DNA of 62,399 nt from Leptospira biflexa. GTDB taxonomy: Bacteria; Spirochaetota; Leptospiria; Turneriellales; DYLW01. Where the stretch lies: positions 1 through 62,399 of the forward strand of contig DYLW01000013.1 of the NCBI GenBank assembly GCA_020721865.1. Direction: 5' to 3'. Position 1 is the first letter of the stretch. Every line of letters begins with the position of its first letter. The position numbers were made by a program, and so were the translations under genes. Below the pieces are notes generated by a model that saw only the letters and a program-made list of their open reading frames with translations, did no database searches and was not told where the DNA came from. Positions 50,200 through 59,268 of this stretch are shown here, one piece after another.

Positions 50200-51561
50200 A
50201 TGGCAAAGAAAAAAATTGAGTATGTCTGTACAGAATGCGGGGATACATTTATCCGCTGGATGGGACAGTGTCCCACTTGCAAGACATGGAATTCCATGAA
50301 GGAAATGGATGTTTCTACGGAAGATTCTGGAGTAAGGAAATCACCGCCCGGGCAGTTGAAAAGCATCTCCTCCATTGCGATGGAAGAATCTCGGAAGAGA
50401 ATGAGTCTGTCCCCCATGGTGGAATTTGACCGTCTTCTGGGAGGAGGGGCCGTACCGGGAAGTGTGATTCTTCTGGGGGGAGAACCGGGCGTGGGGAAAT
50501 CCACTCTTTTGTTGGAATTGGCCCGATGTGGAAAAAAGATTGTTTATGTGACCGGGGAGGAAAGTGACCGCCAGATAGCAGAACGTGCCCGGCGGCTGGG
50601 AGTGGATAATCCGCATCTTTTCATTCTGCAGGAAAATTCTCTGGATACAATTCTTTCTGTGCTGGAAACGGATGCTGCGGATATGATCATCATCGATTCC
50701 ATCCAGACTGTGTTTCCCTCCGGTCCTTCCGGCTCCGGTTTTGTCTCCACCATAAAAGAAGCAAGCCGGCAGTTGATTGATCTGGCCAAACGCAGGGAAA
50801 TCCCCATGATCATAACCGGCCATGTCACCAAAGACGGGCAGATTGCCGGCCCCAAACTTCTGGAACATTCCGTGGATGTGGTTTTATATTTTGAGAGCCA
50901 GAATTGGGGACAATACCGTTTTATAAAATCTGTAAAAAACCGTTATGGTTCCACCGGGGAAATTGCCATTTATGAAATGACCGCCGCCGGATTAAGAGAA
51001 ATCCCCTCTCATGTGAGCCTTATCCCCATGGAAGAGACCGGAGGAATTGGGAGTATACTCTTTCCCCAGGTGGAGGGAAGCCGGGTGACATTAATGGAAA
51101 TACAGGTTTTGGTGACCCCCGCCGGTTATGCCAATGGCCGCCGGATTGGGGAAAACATTGATGTTTCCCGTATCCATCTGATTGCCGCCATCATTGAAAA
51201 AAATTATGGTTATCATCTTTCAGAAAAGGACATATTTGTCCGTGTCCGGGGTGGCTCACGGCTGGAGGATTCAGCGGCGGATCTGGCCCTTTTTGTGGCC
51301 ATGCTTTCGAGCGTGTTGGATATTCCCCTCCCCGGAGCCTGGGCCGCAGCAGGGGAAATCTCATTGACCGGAAAAATCCGCTATCCTTCTCATGATGAAA
51401 ATCGCCGGCATTCTCTCCGGCAGTTTGGGGTAAACTATTTTATCTGGGGAAAAGACCCATCGGGGAAGGCAGAAAAAGAGATGAATAAAACCGGAAGGGT
51501 TTTTTATTATGAGCATGTGAAAAATATTCTGGAAAACCACCAGTTTTCATTTACCGGTTGA
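50200..51561 (+). CDS. radA: DNA repair protein RadA/Sms
   Basis: CTECG..WMGQCPTC zinc finger, GEPGVGKST, IDSIQT, GHVTK, KNRYG and a Lon-like C-terminal domain. Start at ATG 50200. Confidence 0.96.
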   Translation: MAKKKIEYVCTECGDTFIRWMGQCPTCKTWNSMKEMDVSTEDSGVRKSPPGQLKSISSIAMEESRKRMSLSPMVEFDRLLGGGAVPGSVILLGGEPGVGKSTLLLELARCGKKIVYVTGEESDRQIAERARRLGVDNPHLFILQENSLDTILSVLETDAADMIIIDSIQTVFPSGPSGSGFVSTIKEASRQLIDLAKRREIPMIITGHVTKDGQIAGPKLLEHSVDVVLYFESQNWGQYRFIKSVKNRYGSTGEIAIYEMTAAGLREIPSHVSLIPMEETGGIGSILFPQVEGSRVTLMEIQVLVTPAGYANGRRIGENIDVSRIHLIAAIIEKNYGYHLSEKDIFVRVRGGSRLEDSAADLALFVAMLSSVLDIPLPGAWAAAGEISLTGKIRYPSHDENRRHSLRQFGVNYFIWGKDPSGKAEKEMNKTGRVFYYEHVKNILENHQFSFTG

Positions 51562-52647
51562 AGCGTCCCATTCCAGCATGGAATCCAGAACCCACTCCGG
51601 GTGGATTCCCCTGAGACAGGCGATGGATTCATTTTTTCGCGGGCAGGTTTTTTTCATGCAGGGGGAGCAGGGCAGATTCAGGTTGAATACGGTTTTTTGC
51701 CGGGACAGCGTGAGGGTCTCCTCTTTGCGTCCCATCCCCAGAAATGTTACCAGTGGTGTTCCCGTAAAGGCGGCAATGTGGGCAATCCCGGAATCATTGG
51801 CAATAATGCCCCGTGCATTTTCCATCAGATAAACACTCTGGCTCAGGGAGGTTAATTCGGTTAAATCCCGGACGCGGGTCCGGAATTTTTTATCCAGAGA
51901 GGATAGTATTTGTCGTACATATTCTTTCTCCAGGGAGCTTCCGGAAAAGACAATCTGTGCTGTTTTGTTTTTTTCCAGATACCCATGGATGATCCGGACA
52001 AGATAATCCACGGGATAGACTTTGGACGGGGCAACGCTTCCGGGGCAGATGATCCAGAAGTTTTTCTTTTTTATGTTTTCTTTTTTCAGAATAAGTTCCA
52101 TTTCCTTTTTTTTCTCCGGAGACAATTCCAGATCCGTTTTCATTATTTGGGACAGATAGCCGGAAAAATAATCTTCCGCTGTTTTATCTGGAGGAAAAAA
52201 GGGAGTCAGAAGCCGCAGATAAGAAAGGGAGCGGTGTTCGTATTTATTGTACGGAGGAATCCGCAAGGAGCCAGCAAAACGGGGATGCCGCAGAAGTGTC
52301 CCCCGCATATCCCCCGGATAGCCCAGACGCACCGGAATCCCAGCCCGGAATAAAAAATAGGCACTGCGGAACGATGGAGATAAGGTGAATCCCAGATCAT
52401 ACTTTTCTTTCTTCAGATTGATAATGAGCTGGCGGTCGATTTTTTTTCCGTGCAGAGGGATTACCTTCCGGAATACACCCCTCGGCAGCAGATCCCAAAC
52501 CCAGGTTCTTCCCATCAAATCAATTTCTGATTCCGGGAATATTTTTTTTGCACTCAGGTAAAAGGAAAATGCCATCGCGTGATCTCCCACCCAGTTGGGG
52601 GCATGGATGAGGATCCGCGAGGGTTTGTTATTCCATCCGGAGGTCAT
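51547..52647 (-). CDS. waaF: Lipopolysaccharide heptosyltransferase II (GT9)
   Basis: PNWVGD, SFRSA, ICPGS, ANDSGIAHIAA and C-terminal CSPC..CP..CL. Confidence 0.88.
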   Translation of the reverse strand: MTSGWNNKPSRILIHAPNWVGDHAMAFSFYLSAKKIFPESEIDLMGRTWVWDLLPRGVFRKVIPLHGKKIDRQLIINLKKEKYDLGFTLSPSFRSAYFLFRAGIPVRLGYPGDMRGTLLRHPRFAGSLRIPPYNKYEHRSLSYLRLLTPFFPPDKTAEDYFSGYLSQIMKTDLELSPEKKKEMELILKKENIKKKNFWIICPGSVAPSKVYPVDYLVRIIHGYLEKNKTAQIVFSGSSLEKEYVRQILSSLDKKFRTRVRDLTELTSLSQSVYLMENARGIIANDSGIAHIAAFTGTPLVTFLGMGRKEETLTLSRQKTVFNLNLPCSPCMKKTCPRKNESIACLRGIHPEWVLDSMLEWDASTGK

Positions 52648-55108
52648 AGGGCATCATAAAATAGACAGTGTCATTTTTGTGTTCCGTTGTCCGGTTGTAC
52701 AAAGAAAGGGCACTTTTCACCACTTGGGGTAGTAAAACCCGGGTGCCGTTTTCCAGATCCAGAATATCCACGGCTCCCCGGGGGAGTTGGATAATTTCCA
52801 GCTCGTCTTCCCGAATTTGGGTTTTCTGCCGGGCCATTTCAATCGCCAGCATCAAGCCGCCGGTCTGGTCAGCCATCTTCCGTTCAATACCGGATGAGCC
52901 CAGATACACCCGGCCACCGGCGTGTTTCTCCACTTCTTCCATGGGCAGTTTCCGGCCGGTTTTCACTCTTTGCAGAAAGAGGGCGTAAAAGTCCTTTATG
53001 TGTTCCTGCAGAAGAGCTTTTTCTTCCGGAGAAAAGGTGTCTGTCTCTGACCAGATGGATGCTTTGGAATTCATTTTAAAAGTATATTTATTGACTCCCA
53101 GTTTTTCATACAACCCTTTGAGGCTGAATTTTCCGGCAAACACGCCCACGGAACCCATCACCGATGTCTGGTTGACCAGAATGTGATCTCCCCCCACCGC
53201 CAGATAATAACCGCCGGATGCGGCCACATCGCCAATGGATACAATCACATATTTACCGGATTTTTTGAGATCCATGATGGCTTTCCAGATAATATCGGAT
53301 GCCAGTCCGGAGCCTCCGGGGGAATTGATCCGGATGACCACTGCCTTGATGGATCCATCCTGTTCAATTTTATCCAGTAGTGTCACCATGGTATCCGAAC
53401 CGGTGGAATTACTCTGGAACAAAGAGGTATCTCCGGATGGGCCACTAATAATTTCCCCATCCATGACCACCAGAGCAATCCGCTTTTTGGAAGCCCAGCT
53501 ATCATCATACGTGCGGGAACGGACATAGGATTCCAGATCCATTTTCCAGAAGGGTTTATTCACCAGGGTGTCCTTGAGTTTGTCTTCCATATCAGAATAA
53601 TAGGCAATTTCATCAATCAGACCGGCTTTTTTTGCATCGTCCGCCGAAAAAAGTCCCCGCTCAAACTGGGAATTCAGATTTTCCGGATTCATCCGGCGGG
53701 ATATGATAATGGAATTTTTGATATGCTCATCCAGATTTTTCAGAATGTCTTTGGTCTGTTCCTCATCAAAGGGAGTGGGAGAGTTACGGGTGAACATATT
53801 GGGTGCACTTTTATAATCCCCCGCCGAGACAAAATCCGCCTTGATGCCGATTTTATCCAACAGATCAGAGATGAACATCAGCTCTGCTTTTAATCCCGTT
53901 ATGGCCAGAGTTCCCGCTGGTGGCATAGATATTTCATCGGCTGCGGACGCAATGTAGTATTCCTTATTGGAAGCAGATTCCAGGTGGGCATAAACCATTT
54001 TACCGGAATTAATGCGGAAATCAGAAAGGGCATTTCTTAACTCCTCTGCCTGTCCCCATCCACCCCGGAACTTTTGCCCAACAACAAGGATTCCCTTCAC
54101 CCGGGAATCGTTTTCCGCACGGGCAATTGCGGCCAAGGTTTCATAAAATGTCAGATTTTCTTTGGTGAAAAAGGCTCCATCGTTTTTTCGTTCCGGATAA
54201 GCCAGATTCAGGTCAAGGACCAGATATCGTTGGATGGCGGCCATTTTTGCGGGGAATCTTTCAATTCCGTAAAGAAAACCTCCACTGTAAAAATTCCCTT
54301 TTTCACTGGGGATGTTCCCTTGGGCGGAAAATTCCACGAACTCTTGGGAGAATTTAATTCCCATGGCGTAGTTTTTATTCGTGTCCATGTTCCCATAGAT
54401 GGTGAATCCGGTGACAGGCACTATCTCCACACCGTATTTGGGGGCAATGGCATCAAAAGTTTCGCTGGTGAAATAGGTGCCGTCCACGGAGAAAGTGATG
54501 AACTCCGGATTCCGGAACCAGGGACGCAAGGCTACTCCCATATCCAACCGGGGACGCAGTTCCTCCCCTTTATATGTGGGTCGGTTCAGAGAACGCCCCA
54601 CCAGACCCAGGGAGAGGAATCTCCACGGACGCATCAGGACGCCCACATCCCACTGGTAATAATTGTCCAGATAGGGCGATGTGGACTGCATCCAGCTATA
54701 CGATGTCCCCAGACTGAAGGAGCGGGTGGCGGAAAAACCGGTCCCAAAGCTGTATTTGGTGGCTCTTTCTTTATCCGGAGCGGTCCGCCACAAGGTGGAG
54801 AATGCCAGACCAAAGAAATTCAAAAATAGAGTGTGGTCGGAAATATTAAAATCCGGGTTATTTCCGTAAAAATAGCCAATCTGAAGGGGGTGCATTCCCA
54901 AACCCGCAGGATTGTAATACAAGGATGTGATATCATCGGATGTGGCAACGGATTCATAAGGCAGATTTGGGCTGGTGATGAACCGGTCCGGTTGCAAAGG
55001 ATCTTCCACATTTTCCAGAGAATCCACGCCAAATACACTGTGGACGCAAACCAGAAAAAGCAAAGATAGAAGACCAATCCGGAGATGATTTTTGAATGGG
55101 TTTTTCAT
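52628..55108 (-). CDS. sppA: Signal peptide peptidase SppA (S49, tandem domains) fused behind an N-terminal PorV/FadL-like beta-barrel domain
   Basis: EYYIASAAD, catalytic Lys GDYKSA, RINSPGGS, catalytic Ser GDVAASGGYY, GSVGV and GGRVY. Residues ~28-280 contain DDITSLYYNPAGL and amphipathic beta-strands. Confidence 0.9.
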   Translation of the reverse strand: MKNPFKNHLRIGLLSLLFLVCVHSVFGVDSLENVEDPLQPDRFITSPNLPYESVATSDDITSLYYNPAGLGMHPLQIGYFYGNNPDFNISDHTLFLNFFGLAFSTLWRTAPDKERATKYSFGTGFSATRSFSLGTSYSWMQSTSPYLDNYYQWDVGVLMRPWRFLSLGLVGRSLNRPTYKGEELRPRLDMGVALRPWFRNPEFITFSVDGTYFTSETFDAIAPKYGVEIVPVTGFTIYGNMDTNKNYAMGIKFSQEFVEFSAQGNIPSEKGNFYSGGFLYGIERFPAKMAAIQRYLVLDLNLAYPERKNDGAFFTKENLTFYETLAAIARAENDSRVKGILVVGQKFRGGWGQAEELRNALSDFRINSGKMVYAHLESASNKEYYIASAADEISMPPAGTLAITGLKAELMFISDLLDKIGIKADFVSAGDYKSAPNMFTRNSPTPFDEEQTKDILKNLDEHIKNSIIISRRMNPENLNSQFERGLFSADDAKKAGLIDEIAYYSDMEDKLKDTLVNKPFWKMDLESYVRSRTYDDSWASKKRIALVVMDGEIISGPSGDTSLFQSNSTGSDTMVTLLDKIEQDGSIKAVVIRINSPGGSGLASDIIWKAIMDLKKSGKYVIVSIGDVAASGGYYLAVGGDHILVNQTSVMGSVGVFAGKFSLKGLYEKLGVNKYTFKMNSKASIWSETDTFSPEEKALLQEHIKDFYALFLQRVKTGRKLPMEEVEKHAGGRVYLGSSGIERKMADQTGGLMLAIEMARQKTQIREDELEIIQLPRGAVDILDLENGTRVLLPQVVKSALSLYNRTTEHKNDTVYFMMPYDLRME

Positions 55109-55304
55109 TTTAAATCCTTTCTGAAATTCAATGGAATTTTCCGCATTTTGTTAGGTTTTGGAACGTGGTCACCGTGTCAAACCTTGTACGGAAAAAGAAA
55201 ATTTCTTGACTTTGCGTTTATCTTCTCCCAGATAAACTCTGGTTTGCCCAGCATGAAAACAACAGGAAAATATAATACATTAAAGGCAATAAAAAGGGTG
55301 GGCC

Positions 55305-55784
55305 GTGGCCAACGATAACAGGAAATCTTATTTCCCAAAAATCCGGGTGAGGGTGGCCGGAGTTTTTGTCCAGGATTCCCGCATTCTTCTGGTCAAACAC
55401 CGGAAAGCCCACCGGGAGTACTATCTCTTACCGGGGGGTGGACAGGAGCCGGGCGAAAGTATGACAGAAACCCTGGTTCGGGAGTGGAAAGAGGAACTGA
55501 GTCTGGATATTGAACCCGGAAAATTCCTGTTTATGGGGGAATCCGTTCCGCCCAAAAATCTGAAAAAATCCCAGGTGGTCCAGATCACCTTTCTTGTCCG
55601 CTCCATCCGTGGGGAAATCTATGTCGAACCCGATGAAGCTTTGTTTGGATTTGAGTGGGTTCCCATGGATAATCTTCTTTCCATACCATTTTTCCCCGCC
55701 TGCCAAAGCCAGATAATAACAGCATTAACGGATAAAAAAAATGGAGTTGCCGTTTCGTATTCCCGCTATGAATGGATTAAGTAA
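55305..55784 (+). CDS. NUDIX hydrolase
   Basis: Nudix box LPGGGQEPGESMTETLVREWKEEL. GTG start. Confidence 0.92.
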   Translation: MANDNRKSYFPKIRVRVAGVFVQDSRILLVKHRKAHREYYLLPGGGQEPGESMTETLVREWKEELSLDIEPGKFLFMGESVPPKNLKKSQVVQITFLVRSIRGEIYVEPDEALFGFEWVPMDNLLSIPFFPACQSQIITALTDKKNGVAVSYSRYEWIK

Positions 55785-55800
55785 CCAACGGATAATAAAA

Positions 55801-56331
55801 ATGAATAGCAAAAATCCCCTTTATCCTTTTGCGTTCGCCTCCATTCTGCTCCACGCATCGGTGGCGGTTATTTTTTGGGGAGACAAAAAACCGTATCCCG
55901 GGAATTTGGCAATATCAATTGAAATATCCCGCCCTGCACGTAAAGGAACAGATGGATTAAACCAGAATGGGAAACAGGAAAAGCATTTTCAAACAAAAGC
56001 CGATGTGGGAAAAACGGATTCCGGAAAAATTCCTGGAAGGGATCGCATGGATAATTCCGCTCTGGCGGAACTGAACCGGAATATTGGAAATTCCATTGCC
56101 TATCCGCCTGCCGCTCTGGAAATGGGCTGGGAGGATGTGGTCAAAATAGATGTTCCCATCCTTCCTCCGGGCAATGCCGGAAATCCGGTCTTCATCCGGA
56201 AAAGCCGGTACGAAGTTTTTAACGCTGCCGTTGTGGATGCCGTAAAAGCCTGGCGTTATCCTGTTCGCAAAGAAAAAATTAATATAGTTTTAACATTCAA
56301 ATTTACAATAAACGAAAAGGAGAAAATATGA
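55801..56331 (+). CDS. Energy transducer TonB-family protein
   Basis: TM helix SILLH, then the TonB_C pattern YPPAALEMGWE..V....KSRY..FNAAVVDAVKAWRY..FKF. Confidence 0.85.
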   Translation: MNSKNPLYPFAFASILLHASVAVIFWGDKKPYPGNLAISIEISRPARKGTDGLNQNGKQEKHFQTKADVGKTDSGKIPGRDRMDNSALAELNRNIGNSIAYPPAALEMGWEDVVKIDVPILPPGNAGNPVFIRKSRYEVFNAAVVDAVKAWRYPVRKEKINIVLTFKFTINEKEKI

Positions 56332-57659
56332 AAAAATTAAGTTTGGGTCAGAAAATAGCGTATTCCATGGGGGGCATGGCAATGAACCTCACAAACCTGG
56401 TGATTGCCCAGTGGATATTCAAGCGATATACAGATCCCCCCAATGTGATGCTGGTGGGGGCACTGGCAATGTCCATAATTGTCTTTTCCGGACGGGCATC
56501 CGATGCGATTACGGATCCCATTATTGGAAACTGGAGTGATAATTTCCGTAGCCGGTGGGGACGCAGGATCCCTTTTATTGCCTGGGGAACCATTCCCTTT
56601 GCGATTGTGTTTTTCCTGTTATGGACACCTCCATCGGAAACCATGGGATGGATTAATGTTGTTTATATTTTTGTCATGGTGCAGTTGTATTTCATTTTTT
56701 ATACAATTGTGGTCACACCATATTTGGGTCTGCTTCCGGAAATCACATCGGATCTGGATGAACGGGTGAACATCACCACCATGCAGGCGGTCTTTGTAAT
56801 GCTTGGAACCATCGCCTTTGTTGCCATGGGGGTGATCAAGGAAAAAGGGGGATGGATGGCCCTGGGTGGGGTGGTGGGGGTTATCACGTTGATATCCTTT
56901 TTCCCCACCGTTTTCTTTGTCAAAGAAAAAAAGGACGCCATTGACTATAACCAGGAGAAAACCCCTCTTTGGGAATCCATCCGTATGACAATGTCCAACC
57001 GTCCTTTCATGTATCTGGTAATATCCACATCCTTTTACTGGTTTGCCCTGAATATCATGCTGATGCTGATTCCGTACTGGGTACAAAATTATCTGGGACT
57101 GAAGGAAAGTGCGGTTTCCGTTATTATGGGGCCATTTCTGGCAGCAAACCTGGTTTTCTTTTTTGTGTTCAACTGGGTATCCCATGAAAAGGGTAAATTT
57201 CTGGCATACCAGATTATGGCCCTGGGATCTGCCCTCCTGGTTCCTTTATTATCCTTGTCATGGTTTATACCAAAAATAATTCCCGGAATGGATCTCCTGC
57301 TGTACAGTTCCATTGTCATGGGTCTGCTGGGCATTCCTGTGGCCGGTTTTTCCATGCTACCTTTTGCCGTTCTGTCCGATGTGGTGGATTATGATGAAAC
57401 CATCTCCGGAAAAAGAAGAGAGGCCATTTACTTTGGGGTGCAGGCCATCTTCCAGAAAACCATCATTGGCTTGTCCATTTTTGCCTTTGGACTGGTGGCC
57501 ATTGTGGGGGATAAAATTTCCATCCATGGACTGATGGTAGTTCCCTTGATAGCGGCGGTGGCTTTTTTTATTGCTTTTTTGGCCTTCACCCGATACCCCA
57601 TCCGGGAAAGGGGCGGGGAGTTGTATTTGGGAGATAAACTCATAAACAGGAAGAAATGA
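56328..57659 (+). CDS. MFS transporter, GPH/MelB (glycoside-pentoside-hexuronide) family
   Basis: DAITDPIIGNWSDNFRSRWGRRIPFI, PYLGLLPEIT...ER, DVVDYDE..SGKRREAIYFG and many TM helices. Confidence 0.93.
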   Translation: MKKLSLGQKIAYSMGGMAMNLTNLVIAQWIFKRYTDPPNVMLVGALAMSIIVFSGRASDAITDPIIGNWSDNFRSRWGRRIPFIAWGTIPFAIVFFLLWTPPSETMGWINVVYIFVMVQLYFIFYTIVVTPYLGLLPEITSDLDERVNITTMQAVFVMLGTIAFVAMGVIKEKGGWMALGGVVGVITLISFFPTVFFVKEKKDAIDYNQEKTPLWESIRMTMSNRPFMYLVISTSFYWFALNIMLMLIPYWVQNYLGLKESAVSVIMGPFLAANLVFFFVFNWVSHEKGKFLAYQIMALGSALLVPLLSLSWFIPKIIPGMDLLLYSSIVMGLLGIPVAGFSMLPFAVLSDVVDYDETISGKRREAIYFGVQAIFQKTIIGLSIFAFGLVAIVGDKISIHGLMVVPLIAAVAFFIAFLAFTRYPIRERGGELYLGDKLINRKK

Positions 57660-58780
57660 AAAATTTTTTTAATCATATAGCAGGATCCCAAAAAAACTTT
57701 CCCTTGAGACACAGAATTCTGAACATTACGGAATTTTTTGGCCTGCTTGTCTTCCTTCAAGTTGCCGTAACCAATTATGTTATCCGGCTTCCGTTTATGG
57801 CAGTCTTGATGCCTTTTCTATCTTTCCTGATTATTGCCTTCCTCTATTACCTGTCAAGGTGGAAGCAAAAATATGAAGTCCCGGTGGTTCTGTCTCTGAT
57901 ATTTGTGGGATTTGTTGCCGGGCCTTCCCTGTGGATCAATGGTGCAGGATTGGGTGGTTCTGTTCCCTACTGGTATGTGTATCTGGTGGTATCTGCATTC
58001 ATTTTGACGAAAAAATTTGCCCGTTTTTTTATAGTGACCTCCCTGTTTTTCACTGTGGGCACATTGGCTGTGATGGAACATTATGGCTGGATTATGGTCC
58101 AGCCTTATGACAGTTCCGATGAGAAATTCTGGGATATTTTGACGCAGATTCTTCTGGTCATGTTTGTTATGGTCTCTCTTGTCCGTGTGATCATAGACAA
58201 TTATCTATATGAAAACAAAAGAGCCACCCGTTTTGCTAATCGTCTGGTGATGGCCAATGAAAGAATGAAAACCATAATCAATACAGATACATTGACCGGG
58301 CTCTTCACCAGAGCCTATATTCTGGATAAAATTGAATACGAAAAAAACAAGCTTATGCGGAATAAAAAGGAATTTGGAATTATCATGGCGGATATTGATA
58401 ATTTCAAAAATATCAATGATAACCTGGGGCATTCGTTTGGAGATTTTATTCTGAAAGAAGTCGCAAATGATATCCGCTCCCTTCTGCGAACCCAGGATAC
58501 CGCCGCCCGATGGGGTGGAGAAGAATTTCTGCTTCTTCTTCCGGATACCCCGCTGGATAATTCTGTGCATGTTGCCGAAAAAATTCGCGAAACAATATCA
58601 AAAAAAATCTATTCCAATGGAGACAACGACGTCTATCTGACCATTTCTCTGGGTGTCAGCGTGTACAATGATTTAACCGGGAAACGAAAGCCGGACTCCT
58701 GTATAAAAAAAGTGGATGATGCCCTTCACATGAGTAAACGTCTTGGAAAAAATATGGTAAAAGCCCTCTCCTGCACCTGA
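57656..58780 (+). CDS. Membrane-bound diguanylate cyclase
   Basis: About six TM helices, DTLTGL, DIDNFKNINDNLGH..GD, I-site RTQD and active-site RWGGEEF. Confidence 0.95.
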   Translation: MKNFFNHIAGSQKNFPLRHRILNITEFFGLLVFLQVAVTNYVIRLPFMAVLMPFLSFLIIAFLYYLSRWKQKYEVPVVLSLIFVGFVAGPSLWINGAGLGGSVPYWYVYLVVSAFILTKKFARFFIVTSLFFTVGTLAVMEHYGWIMVQPYDSSDEKFWDILTQILLVMFVMVSLVRVIIDNYLYENKRATRFANRLVMANERMKTIINTDTLTGLFTRAYILDKIEYEKNKLMRNKKEFGIIMADIDNFKNINDNLGHSFGDFILKEVANDIRSLLRTQDTAARWGGEEFLLLLPDTPLDNSVHVAEKIRETISKKIYSNGDNDVYLTISLGVSVYNDLTGKRKPDSCIKKVDDALHMSKRLGKNMVKALSCT

Positions 58781-58781
58781 A

Positions 58782-59192
58782 TCAGAGAGGGGTGGGTCTG
58801 GGCTTTTCCACATTCGTCGATTTTTGTTCCAAACTGCGGTGAATTTTTCTGGCAAGATTGCTCATTATAATAAGAAAATCTTTTTGGGTTTTGTCATCGC
58901 ATTTCCAGAGGATTTCTTCAAAAGACTGGAAAGCCCGTTTTGCGTCTTCTTTTCTATCTACGTGATTCATTGTCATCGTAACCTTTTGTCTTCCCGTCCG
59001 TAACCAACATTGCCGCTTAGACCAGGATCTCTGCGATATCTTCCTGGGATAGCCTTTGGCCAGCATATCGTAAGCCTTTTCTTTGATACCTTGTCGCAGT
59101 ACTTTGGTTTTGCTTTTTTGCTCATCCTTTCTAATCAATATCGCCGTGGTCATAATAATATCTCCTTTCTCCGGAGCAATTCTTTCCTCCGG
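58782..59192 (-). pseudogene. Degraded Rpn (YhgA-like) C-terminal fragment, fused by frameshifts to a short unrelated ORF
   Basis: PEERIAPEKGDII-MTTA...QGIKEKAYDMLAKGY, then after single-base shifts QEDIAEIL.LS, the typical Rpn tail. SD AGGAG precedes MTTA at 59153. Confidence 0.55.
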
Positions 59193-59268
59193 TCAAGGGG
59201 ACTCAACGAAATGCATCTCTCTGTGGCGTCTTTATGCACCGCCTTTGGTGGGATAAGCGGAGAGCGGA

